Shown here piece after piece: positions 26,758 to 34,490 of a stretch of DNA of 34,490 nt; the first letter of the stretch is position 1; each line of letters begins with the position of its first letter. This DNA comes from an uncultured Ruminococcus sp. (GTDB lineage Bacteria > Bacillota > Clostridia > Oscillospirales > CAG-272), in assembly GCA_902793915.1 (NCBI GenBank), contig CADBFJ010000021.1, positions 1 through 34,490 on the forward strand. Reading direction: 5' to 3'. The position numbers and the translations under genes were made by a program. Below the pieces are notes generated by a model. It worked only from the letters and a program-made list of their open reading frames with translations. It had not been told where the DNA came from and searched no databases.

Positions 26758-27420
26758 ATGCTCGGATTTGATTTGATCTTTCCCGCAAAGAATGCCGATC
26801 TTTCTGCTTTTCTCCTTGCGGCAAAAGAGAAAAAGATTGCCTCTCTTGGCGTCTTGTCGATCGGAAACGAGCCTTTTTCGGGCGAGCTTTCGATTCCCTC
26901 GGCAGACCGGAAAGAAAACGTCTTTTGTTTTTTCCGCTTTCCCTACGAAAACAGGGTCTGGGATCTCTCGCAAGCGGACGAGCTTTTCGCTCTCGCTTCT
27001 GAAATGAACTCCACAAACGAGGGGTTTCTTTTGACCTATCGGTCTGTTTGCAAAGCGGCGCTCGAAAAGAGCAATTGCGGTTTTGCCTTCGGACTGGAAG
27101 CCGTCGGCGAGTTATGTTTCTCGCCGATTTACCGCAAAACGATGCTCGATCTGACCGATCGTCTTTTCCATAATGAAATGGCGCTCGGCTATGCCGAACG
27201 GCATCCGATCTTTGATCTTTCCCCTTGCGTGCTTCGGCGCACAGGAGAGAGGCGCGGAGATCTTTTGCCCGCATCCTTTGCCAAGACGCCGTGCGAAGTG
27301 GGGAAGGGTGTAAAAAACACATTGCTTTCCGCGCGCTCTGCCGGTGTTGGCAGTTTTGTGACCTACGAAAACTCGGGGTGGGAACGCCACCCTATCGCAC
27401 CCAATAAGGAGGTCCTATGA
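26758..27420 (+). CDS. Hypothetical protein (no family recognised)
   Basis: ATG 26758 lies 1 nt after the plsC stop. The stop overlaps the glyA start as ATGA. The 220-aa composition is plausible, whereas the competing antisense ORF is Arg-rich junk. No motif was recognised. Confidence 0.5.
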   Translation: MLGFDLIFPAKNADLSAFLLAAKEKKIASLGVLSIGNEPFSGELSIPSADRKENVFCFFRFPYENRVWDLSQADELFALASEMNSTNEGFLLTYRSVCKAALEKSNCGFAFGLEAVGELCFSPIYRKTMLDLTDRLFHNEMALGYAERHPIFDLSPCVLRRTGERRGDLLPASFAKTPCEVGKGVKNTLLSARSAGVGSFVTYENSGWERHPIAPNKEVL

Positions 27421-28655
27421 ATTTTTTTGATGAACTTGCAAACTATGACAAAGAGGTTTTTGACGCCTGCGAGCTCGAACTGAACCGCCAGCGCGAGAAC
27501 ATTGAACTCATCGCGTCTGAAAACGTGGTTTCCAAAGCCGTGCTCCTGGCGGCGGGAACTGTTCTGACGAATAAATATGCCGAGGGCTTTCCCGGTCACC
27601 GTTACTATGGCGGATGCCAATGCGTTGACATTGTGGAAAACCTTGCCATTGAGCGTGCCAAAAAGCTCTTTGGAGCGGAACACGCCAACGTGCAGCCTCA
27701 TTGCGGCGCAAGCGCCAATCTGGCGGTTTTCTTTGCGCTCCTGAATCCCGGTGACACGGTCATGGGGCTCAATCTCGCGCATGGCGGGCATCTTTCGCAC
27801 GGTTCTCCCGTCAACATCTCGGGCAAGTATTTCCACGTCGTTCCATACAGCGTGGACGATAAAACCGAGATGCTTGATTACGATAAGATCCGTGAAATCG
27901 CGCTTGAGTGCCGACCCAAGCTTATTGTGGCGGGCGCCAGCGCGTATTCGCGCATCATTGATTTTGCAAAATTCCGCGAGATCGCCGACGAGGTGGGGGC
28001 ATATCTCATGGTCGATATGGCGCACATCGCGGGGCTCGTTGCGGCGGGGCTCCATCCCAGCCCGGTCCCATATGCCGACGTGGTGACTACGACGACGCAT
28101 AAGACTCTGCGCGGTCCGCGCGGAGGACTCATCCTTTGTAAAGCCGAGCTTGCAAAACAAATCGACAAAGCTGTTTTCCCCGGCACGCAGGGCGGACCTC
28201 TCATGCACATCATCGCCGCCAAAGCGGTCGCTTTCGGCGAGGCTTTGACCGACGAATTTAAGGAGTATCAGAAAAAGATCCTCTCCAATTCCAAGGCGCT
28301 TTGCAAAGCAATGCAGGAGGAGGGCTTCCGCATCGTCTCGGGCGGAACCGACAACCACCTCATCCTTGTGGATCTGCGCTCGTTCGGCGTGAGTGGAAAA
28401 GAACTGGAACACCGACTGGACGAAGTGCATATCACCGCTAACAAGAACGCCATTCCCAACGATCCGGAAACGCCTTTTGTCACCAGCGGGATCCGACTTG
28501 GAACGCCAGCTGTGACCAGCCGCGGGTTCGGAGAAGCCGAGATGAAGCAGATCGCTCATTGGATCAAATTGATCGCTACCGATTTTGAAGGCTCGAAGGA
28601 TCGCGTTCAAAAAGAAGTTATGGCACTTTGCAAAAAGTATCCTTTGTACGAATAA
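27417..28655 (+). CDS. glyA: Serine hydroxymethyltransferase
   Basis: AAGGAGG RBS. The motifs [25 protein letters not shown] and [15 protein letters not shown] (PLP lysine) are present. Confidence 0.95.
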   Translation: MNFFDELANYDKEVFDACELELNRQRENIELIASENVVSKAVLLAAGTVLTNKYAEGFPGHRYYGGCQCVDIVENLAIERAKKLFGAEHANVQPHCGASANLAVFFALLNPGDTVMGLNLAHGGHLSHGSPVNISGKYFHVVPYSVDDKTEMLDYDKIREIALECRPKLIVAGASAYSRIIDFAKFREIADEVGAYLMVDMAHIAGLVAAGLHPSPVPYADVVTTTTHKTLRGPRGGLILCKAELAKQIDKAVFPGTQGGPLMHIIAAKAVAFGEALTDEFKEYQKKILSNSKALCKAMQEEGFRIVSGGTDNHLILVDLRSFGVSGKELEHRLDEVHITANKNAIPNDPETPFVTSGIRLGTPAVTSRGFGEAEMKQIAHWIKLIATDFEGSKDRVQKEVMALCKKYPLYE

Positions 28656-28688
28656 ATTTCAACATCAAAAAAGGGAGGAAGCTTTACC

Positions 28689-29246
28689 ATGAAAGAGAAG
28701 ATCAAAAAAGTGAAAGAAAAGGTCAAAAAAGAGCGGGTCGGCTTTTTTGCCGAGTTCAAGGCGTTCATCACCAAGGGCAACGTGCTTGACCTTGCCGTCG
28801 CAGTCGTCATCGGCGCCGCATTCGGCAAGATCACGTCCGGACTTGTGAACTACATCATCACGCCTTTGACCAGCCTGTTCCTTGGTGACATTGATCTTTC
28901 AAGTGTCAAAACCGTCCTGCGCAAAGAGGTTCTGGATGCCGCAGGGGAGGTCGCAAAGCCGGAGGTCGCACTCCAATGGGGTCTTTGGCTCCAGACGATC
29001 ATCGACTTTCTCATCATCGCGCTCTGCGTTTTTATCATCCTGCGCTTGGTAAGAAAAGCCGAGTCGATCGTTAAGGCAAAAGAGATTGCCGCAAAAGCCG
29101 AAGCGGAAGCCAAAGCAAAAGCTGAAGCCGATGCAAAAGCTGCCGAAGAAGCCGCCAGAGCAGAAGCGCTCAAAGCACGCGAAGACGAATTTTATGCCAA
29201 CGTGAAGGAGCAGACCGAACTGCTCCGCAAGCTGGCAGAAAAATAA
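28689..29246 (+). CDS. mscL: Large-conductance mechanosensitive channel MscL with charged N- and C-terminal extensions
   Basis: GGGAGG RBS. The core is FKAFITKGNVLDLAVAVVIGAAFGKI. An extra Lys-rich N-terminus and an Ala/Glu/Lys-rich C-terminal tail are present. Confidence 0.9.
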   Translation: MKEKIKKVKEKVKKERVGFFAEFKAFITKGNVLDLAVAVVIGAAFGKITSGLVNYIITPLTSLFLGDIDLSSVKTVLRKEVLDAAGEVAKPEVALQWGLWLQTIIDFLIIALCVFIILRLVRKAESIVKAKEIAAKAEAEAKAKAEADAKAAEEAARAEALKAREDEFYANVKEQTELLRKLAEK

Positions 29247-29266
29247 TCGTATTTTTCATTCAAAAA

Positions 29267-29301
29267 CAGGGTTCCGAACCACTCGGGACCCTGCTTTTTT
29301 T
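29267..29301 (+). terminator. Rho-independent terminator after mscL
   Basis: Stem CAGGGTTCCGA / TCGGGACCCTG (one G-U pair) with loop ACCAC, followed by CTTTTTTT. Confidence 0.8.
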
Positions 29302-29313
29302 CGCAAAAAAACC

Positions 29314-29342
29314 TTTACAAAGCAAGTGCTTTGTGATATAAT
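29314..29342 (+). promoter_or_regulatory. Sigma-A-type promoter for the pseudouridine synthase/tex pair
   Basis: TTTACA, a 17-nt spacer, then TATAAT with a TGa extended -10. Confidence 0.65.
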
Positions 29343-29375
29343 CATATAATTGGAAATCACGAAGGAGGTGGCGCT

Positions 29376-30086
29376 TTGCGGCTCGATAAATACCTTTCGA
29401 ACCTCGGCGTTGCCAGCCGAAAAGAAACGGCGAAAGCCGTGCACGCAGGACTTGTCCTCGTGAACGGAGAAGTCGCCTCGAGCGCTGACTGCAGGGTCGA
29501 TGAAACCCAAGATACCGTCACTTTCTGTGGGCGGAAGATCGTTTGGCAAAAGTTCGTCTATCTTCTTCTCAACAAGCCGGCGGGGGTTCTCTCCGCCACC
29601 GAGGATGGGCGCGGTGCCACCGTGCTCGATCTCTTACCCGAAGAATACCGCCGCATGGGCGTCTTTCCCTGCGGGCGGCTCGATAAAAATACGAAAGGCT
29701 TTTTGCTCCTGACCAACGATGGAGATCTTTGCCATAGGCTCCTCTCGCCCAAATACCACGTGGAAAAAAACTATCTTGTCAAGGCGAAATTCCCGGTGTC
29801 AAACGAGGATCTTACCGCTCTTGAAGCGGGACTCGATTTGGGCGATTTTCAAACGAAGCCCTGCCGTGCCGAACGGGTCGATGAAAAAACGATCCATCTG
29901 ACTCTGACCGAAGGAAAATTTCACCAGGTCAAAAGAATGCTCGAAGCGGTGCATAATCAAGTGGTGGAGCTTACCCGCATCTCTTTTGGAGGCATTGCGC
30001 TCCCGGACGATCTCTCGGAAGGCGATTTTCGCCCGCTTACGGAATCCGAACGAAATACCCTTTTTGCGAAAGGAAATCAAGTATGA
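29376..30086 (+). CDS. RsuA/RluB-family rRNA pseudouridine synthase (S4 domain plus catalytic domain)
   Basis: GAAGGAGG lies 7 nt before TTG 29376. The S4 domain is MRLDKYLSNLGVASRKE. The catalytic Asp motif is GRLDKNTKGFLLLTNDG. Confidence 0.85.
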   Translation: MRLDKYLSNLGVASRKETAKAVHAGLVLVNGEVASSADCRVDETQDTVTFCGRKIVWQKFVYLLLNKPAGVLSATEDGRGATVLDLLPEEYRRMGVFPCGRLDKNTKGFLLLTNDGDLCHRLLSPKYHVEKNYLVKAKFPVSNEDLTALEAGLDLGDFQTKPCRAERVDEKTIHLTLTEGKFHQVKRMLEAVHNQVVELTRISFGGIALPDDLSEGDFRPLTESERNTLFAKGNQV

Positions 30087-32245
30087 CCATTGCAAAGCAA
30101 CTGGCAGAAGAACTCCACCTCGGGGTGGAACAGGTGGAGAAAACGATCGCGCTGATCGACGAAGGAAACACCATTCCTTTTATTGCGCGTTACCGCAAGG
30201 AAGTGACGGGAAGTCTTGACGACGAAGTTCTCCGCGAACTTTTCGACCGTCTGAATGCGCTCCGCAATCTCGAAAAGCGCAAACAGGAGGTCATAGATCT
30301 CATTACGGCGCAGGAAAAGATGACCGATGAGATCCGCGCGGCGATCGAAAATGCCAAGACCATTACCGAGGTCGAGGACATCTACCGTCCCTTCCGCCCC
30401 CACAGAAAGACGCGGGCGTCGGTGGCAAAAGAGAAGGGGCTGGAGCCTTTGGCAGAGCTGATCCTTCGCCAGGATCCGACCTATACCCCCTCGATCGAGG
30501 AACAGGCGGACGGCTTTATTAGCGAAGAAAAAGGCGTTGCCACGCGCGAAGAGGCGCTCTCTGGCGCCAAGGATATCATCGCCGAGATCGTTTCGGATAA
30601 CGCCGAGTTCCGCAAGGAGATTCGTCGGCTCACCATGCAGTTTGGTACCATTTCGTCCAAAGCCGCAAAAGAAGAAGACTCGGTTTATGCGCAGTATTAT
30701 GAATATGCGGAACCCGTGGCAAAGATCCTCCCGCACCGGGTACTTGCCTTAAACCGCGGTGAAAAAGAGGAGTTTCTCAAGGTTTCGATCTCGGTTGACG
30801 AGGAACTGATCTTAAAATATCTCTTCTCCGAAATGATCCTCGGAAACCGCAGCCCTGCAGAACCATACGTGGAAGAAGCGATCCGCGACGGCTACGATCG
30901 ACTTATCGCACCCTCCATTGAAAGGGAGGTACGGAGCGACCTTTTTGACAATGCTTCGGAAGGCGCGATCAAACTCTTTGCGGATAACCTTTCGCATCTG
31001 CTCATGCAATCGCCGCTCAAGGGCAAGGTCGTCATGGGCTTTGACCCCGGCTATGCCCACGGTTGTAAACTGGCTGTCGTCGATCCGATCGGCAAGGTGC
31101 TTGACACTGCCGTGATCTACCCGGTCAAGCCACGGGAAGAGATCGAAAAGAGCAAAGCGATCGTAGAGCGCCTGATTAAAAAACATCACGTTGACGTGAT
31201 CGCCATCGGTAACGGTACCGCATCCAAAGAGAGCGAAATTTTCATCGCGGGGCTCCTCAAGGAGATTCCCGAGGATGTCAAGTATATCGTTGTCAGCGAA
31301 GCGGGCGCCTCAATCTATTCGGCTTCCAAACTCGCTGCCGAGGAGTTCCCGGATTTTGACGTCATGCAGCGTAGCGCGGTTTCAATCGCCCGTCGCTTGC
31401 AGGATCCGCTTGCGGAGCTGATCAAGATCGATCCCAAAGGCATCGGCGTGGGACAGTATCAGCACGATATGAAGCAGGCGCGCCTCGATGAGGCGCTCGG
31501 CGGCGTGGTGGAAGACTGCGTGAACGCCGTGGGTGTGGACGTCAATACCGCTTCCTATTCGCTCCTGTCTTATATCTCGGGCATCAATCTTGCCTCCGCC
31601 AAAAACATTGTGAAATACCGCGAAGAAAGCGGCGCATTTACCACGCGACAACAGCTCAAAAAGGTTCCGCGCATCGGTGACCGAGCCTTTGAGCAGGCGG
31701 CTGGATTTTTGCGCGTCCCGGGCGGCAAAGAGATTTTTGACAACACCGGCGTGCATCCCGAGTCCTACGACGCGGCGGAAAAGCTCCTTGCACGCTTTGG
31801 ATACACCAAAGCTGACGTTGCGGCGGGGAACTTGAAAGAACTTTCCACCAAAGCCGAAGGCGTTGGAGTTGCAAAACTTGCCGAAGAACTCGGCGTCGGC
31901 GTGCCTACGCTGAAAGATATTCTGACCGAACTCGAAAAGCCGGGCAGAGATATCCGCGATACACTGCCGCCACCGGTTCTGCGCGACGACATCCTTTCGC
32001 TCGAAGACCTCAAACCCGATATGGAACTGACCGGTACCGTGCGGAACGTGATCGACTTCGGCGCGTTCGTCGATATCGGTGTCCACCAGGACGGCCTTGT
32101 CCACATTTCGCAACTGGCGGATCGTTTTGTCAAGCACCCTTCCGAGGTGGTGAAGGTTGGCGACGTGGTCAAGGTTCGCGTACTGTCGGTCGATGTGGCG
32201 AAAAAACGAATCGCCCTGACCATGCGTTCTCGCCAAAAGCAGTAA
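30083..32245 (+). CDS. tex: Tex-like transcription accessory protein (YqgF, HhH and S1 domains)
   Basis: The start overlaps the upstream stop as ATGA. The N-terminal [13 protein letters not shown] motif is present. The C-terminal S1 domain is [27 protein letters not shown]. 720 aa. Confidence 0.9.
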   Translation: MTIAKQLAEELHLGVEQVEKTIALIDEGNTIPFIARYRKEVTGSLDDEVLRELFDRLNALRNLEKRKQEVIDLITAQEKMTDEIRAAIENAKTITEVEDIYRPFRPHRKTRASVAKEKGLEPLAELILRQDPTYTPSIEEQADGFISEEKGVATREEALSGAKDIIAEIVSDNAEFRKEIRRLTMQFGTISSKAAKEEDSVYAQYYEYAEPVAKILPHRVLALNRGEKEEFLKVSISVDEELILKYLFSEMILGNRSPAEPYVEEAIRDGYDRLIAPSIEREVRSDLFDNASEGAIKLFADNLSHLLMQSPLKGKVVMGFDPGYAHGCKLAVVDPIGKVLDTAVIYPVKPREEIEKSKAIVERLIKKHHVDVIAIGNGTASKESEIFIAGLLKEIPEDVKYIVVSEAGASIYSASKLAAEEFPDFDVMQRSAVSIARRLQDPLAELIKIDPKGIGVGQYQHDMKQARLDEALGGVVEDCVNAVGVDVNTASYSLLSYISGINLASAKNIVKYREESGAFTTRQQLKKVPRIGDRAFEQAAGFLRVPGGKEIFDNTGVHPESYDAAEKLLARFGYTKADVAAGNLKELSTKAEGVGVAKLAEELGVGVPTLKDILTELEKPGRDIRDTLPPPVLRDDILSLEDLKPDMELTGTVRNVIDFGAFVDIGVHQDGLVHISQLADRFVKHPSEVVKVGDVVKVRVLSVDVAKKRIALTMRSRQKQ

Positions 32246-32366
32246 TTGTGCAGATTGCACAAGAAGTAAGGGCGAATTTTGGGAAATAAAACCCTTTCAT
32301 TTTGCATGGATATTTGGTACAATATATTATATTCAAGTATTATGCCCCGACGTAGGAGGAATGTTT

Positions 32367-33479
32367 ATGGCAAGCCTGTCTTTGCGGCACATTTATAAAA
32401 AGTATCCGGGCGGCGTCACCGCTGTTTCGGATTTCAATCTTGAGATCAAGGATAAGGAGTTTTTGGTGCTCGTCGGTCCCTCCGGTTGCGGCAAATCCAC
32501 CACGCTCCGTATGATTGCAGGTCTGGAAGAAATCTCCGAAGGCGAACTCTTCATCGGCGACCGTCTGGTCAATGATGTGGCGCCCAAAGATCGTAAGATC
32601 GCCATGGTGTTCCAGAACTATGCACTTTATCCTCATATGTCGGTCTTTGAGAACATGGCGTTCGGTCTGAAACTCAGCAAAGTGCCGAAAGAAGTCATTA
32701 AGAAAAAGGTCGAAGAAGCCGCAAGAATTCTCGATATCACCCACCTGCTGGAAAGAAAGCCGAAGGCTTTGTCCGGCGGTCAGAAACAGCGTGTGGCGCT
32801 CGGTCGTGCCATCGTGCGCGATCCGCAGGTTTTCTTACTTGACGAGCCGCTCTCCAACCTCGATGCAAAGCTCCGTGCCGCAATGAGAACCGAGCTGACC
32901 AAGCTCCACAACAGCGTGGGAACCACTTTCATTTACGTTACGCACGACCAGGTCGAGGCTATGACCATGGCAACGCGCATCGTCGTTATGAAAGACGGTC
33001 TCATTCAGCAGGTTGCAACTCCTCAAAAGCTTTACGATGAACCCGTCAACATCTTTGTTGCAGGGTTTATCGGCACTCCGCAAATGAACTTTATGACCGG
33101 CACGCTTGAGAAGCGCGACGACGGCGTTTACTTCCTCTATGAAGGCAACGCGCTGAAGCTTCCCAAAGAAAAAGCCGAGGATCCCAAACTTGCCGACTAT
33201 ATCGGCAAAGAAGTGGTCTGCGGTTTGCGTCCCGAGTGCATTGAGGACGCTCCCGATCCCGAAAAGTTCAAAGACGCAATGGTGGAAGCCAACGTCGACG
33301 TTACCGAGCTTATGGGCGCCGAAATCTACCTCTACCTCAACGTGGGCGAAGAGGGCAGACTTATCGCAAGAGTTTCGGCAAGATCGACCACCAGAGCCGG
33401 GGAAACCGTTAAAGTCGGCTTTGACATGGCAAGACTTCACATCTTTGACAAGGACACCGAGCGGTGCATCCTTCACTGA
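32367..33479 (+). CDS. Sugar-type ABC transporter ATP-binding protein (MalK/MsmX/UgpC-like), monocistronic
   Basis: AGGAGGA lies 6 nt before ATG 32367. It has Walker [10 protein letters not shown], the signature LSGGQKQR, Walker B FLLDEPLS and a C-terminal MalK-like regulatory/OB domain. Confidence 0.9.
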   Translation: MASLSLRHIYKKYPGGVTAVSDFNLEIKDKEFLVLVGPSGCGKSTTLRMIAGLEEISEGELFIGDRLVNDVAPKDRKIAMVFQNYALYPHMSVFENMAFGLKLSKVPKEVIKKKVEEAARILDITHLLERKPKALSGGQKQRVALGRAIVRDPQVFLLDEPLSNLDAKLRAAMRTELTKLHNSVGTTFIYVTHDQVEAMTMATRIVVMKDGLIQQVATPQKLYDEPVNIFVAGFIGTPQMNFMTGTLEKRDDGVYFLYEGNALKLPKEKAEDPKLADYIGKEVVCGLRPECIEDAPDPEKFKDAMVEANVDVTELMGAEIYLYLNVGEEGRLIARVSARSTTRAGETVKVGFDMARLHIFDKDTERCILH

Positions 33480-33485
33480 TTTTTC

Positions 33486-33517
33486 AAAAAACCGCCCTCG
33501 GGGCGGTTTTTTGCTTT
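33486..33517 (+). terminator. Rho-independent terminator after the ABC ATPase gene
   Basis: AAAAAACCGCCC-TCG-GGGCGGTTTTTT followed by GCTTTT. Confidence 0.8.
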
Positions 33518-33530
33518 TGAGAGGAGCAAA

Positions 33531-33986
33531 ATGAACGAGTTTGATCAAACCATGATGCGGCGCGCGCTCACGTTGGCAAAAGAGGCGGGAAACGCGGGAG
33601 AAATCCCTGTCGGCGCCGTTGTAACGATCGGAGAGCGGATAATTGCCGAGGCTGCCAACGAGTGTGAGACATCTTTTGACGCTACCGCGCACGCGGAAAT
33701 GCTGGCGCTCTCAAGAGCCTGCGCGGCGCTTGGAACAACCCGCCTTTCGGACTGTACGCTCTACGTGACGCTTGAGCCTTGCCCCATGTGCGCGGGTGCA
33801 ATTCTGCACGCAAGAGTGGGTCGAGTGGTTTTCGGTGCAAAGGACGCGCGCGAAGGGGCGTTTGGGAGCCTTATGAACCTACCTGCATATCCTCTGGAAA
33901 GCCGTCCCGTGGTTGAAAACGGGCTTTTCAAAGACGAAAGTCTGGAGCTTTTGTCGTCTTTCTTCCAAAAGAGGCGTAAAATGTGA
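33531..33986 (+). CDS. tadA: tRNA adenosine(34) deaminase
   Basis: GAGGAG RBS. The zinc-binding motifs HAEMLAL and PCPMCAGA are present. 151 aa. Confidence 0.9.
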   Translation: MNEFDQTMMRRALTLAKEAGNAGEIPVGAVVTIGERIIAEAANECETSFDATAHAEMLALSRACAALGTTRLSDCTLYVTLEPCPMCAGAILHARVGRVVFGAKDAREGAFGSLMNLPAYPLESRPVVENGLFKDESLELLSSFFQKRRKM

Positions 33987-34005
33987 AAAAACTTTGCCCG
34001 AACCC

Positions 34006-34034
34006 TTTACAAATAAGGGCTTTTCGGGTATAAT
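34006..34034 (+). promoter_or_regulatory. Sigma-A-type promoter for asnA
   Basis: TTTACA, a 17-nt spacer, then TATAAT. The -35 element lies in the loop of a two-tier hairpin (33997-34028). Confidence 0.55.
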
Positions 34035-34080
34035 AATTCTATTATAGTACCGATTCCATTTCGCATCCAAGGAGGTCTTT

Positions 34081-34490
34081 ATGCCAAACCTCATTCTTCC
34101 AAAAGACTATCATTCGCATCTGACCCTGCGCCAGACCCAATATGCCATCAAAAAGGTCAAAGACTTTTTTGAAAAAGAGCTTTCCGCTCAACTCAATTTG
34201 ATCCGCGTTTCGGCGCCTCTTTTCGTGACCGACGAGAGCGGGCTCAACGATAACCTCAACGGCGTGGAGCGCCCGGTCAAATTCGATATTCACGGCGGTC
34301 CCGATCTTGAGATCGTTCATTCGCTTGCCAAGTGGAAGAGATATGCCCTTGGCGAATATGGCTTTGAAGTGGGCGAAGGGCTTTACACCGATATGAACGC
34401 CATTCGCCGCGACGAAGTGACCGATAATTTGCACTCGATGTTCGTCGATCAATGGGATTGGGAAAAGATCATTACAAAGGAACAGCGTAC
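34081..34490 (+). CDS. asnA: Aspartate--ammonia ligase (asparagine synthetase A), 3'-partial at the window edge
   Basis: This gene is not in the ORF track because no stop is reached. AAGGAGG lies 5 nt before ATG 34081. My translation is [35 protein letters not shown]...[34 protein letters not shown]...FVDQWDWEK, which matches the E. coli AsnA N-terminal region as I recall it ([33 protein letters not shown]). Confidence 0.9.
   Translation, partial: MPNLILPKDYHSHLTLRQTQYAIKKVKDFFEKELSAQLNLIRVSAPLFVTDESGLNDNLNGVERPVKFDIHGGPDLEIVHSLAKWKRYALGEYGFEVGEGLYTDMNAIRRDEVTDNLHSMFVDQWDWEKIITKEQR

Noticed and set aside
29085-29170. A repetitive GCn-GAA-GCn DNA tract, considered as a tandem repeat or CRISPR-like element.
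   Set aside because: It is in frame inside mscL and encodes an Ala/Glu/Lys low-complexity helix. There is no repeat-spacer organisation.
1-34490. A search by eye for tRNA/rRNA genes, CRISPR repeats, IS elements, integrases, toxin-antitoxin pairs, classical defence genes, and T-box or riboswitch leaders upstream of aspS, glyA, hom, thiI and asnA.
   Set aside because: None was found. Intergenic regions are short (mostly under 130 nt, the longest 285 nt) and are accounted for by promoters and terminators. This is a visual scan only, so covariance-model searches (tRNAscan and Rfam type) would be needed to be definitive.

Overview
The window reads as a chromosomal, largely housekeeping segment of a moderately GC-rich Firmicute. 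A Clostridia-like origin is suggested by TepA, MecA-like, DUF4364 and PduL genes, GGAGG-type ribosome-binding sites (RBSs), TTGACA/TATAAT-type promoters and hairpin plus T-run terminators. I support about 34 protein-coding genes. By eye I found no rRNA, tRNA, CRISPR array, transposase, integrase or phage genes.

Layout:
(1) 1-7493: an 8-gene plus-strand operon of sugar-phosphate enzymes and two transporters, with a convergent AraC regulator. The enzymes are a FucI-family isomerase fragment, an archaeal-type TIM paralogue, a SIS isomerase, an extended YjbQ, an Fsa/transaldolase-type aldolase and a PHP phosphoesterase. The transporters are EamA and MFS.
(2) 7587-10109: a fully delimited minus-strand operon, pduL-like / NifU-like / GGGtGRT-family. 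Its function is unknown to me, and it is my best candidate for an undescribed system.
(3) 10201-17988: tepA, an exonuclease with an unusual N-terminus, thiI, a phosphoribosyltransferase, a frame-disrupted archaeal-type aspS, a U32 enzyme, uppP and a Toprim protein.
(4) 18068-19936: zinc-ribbon protein, sigma-70 family factor and DUF4364.
(5) 20063-34490: hom, a MATE pump, a MecA-like adaptor, nnr, a lipid kinase, plsC, an unknown ORF coupled to glyA, mscL, a pseudouridine synthase, tex, an orphan sugar-type ABC ATPase, tadA and a 3'-truncated asnA that the ORF track does not list.

All product calls rest on motif and family recognition by eye. No searches were run. Many long ORFs in the track are antisense shadows of real genes and were rejected.
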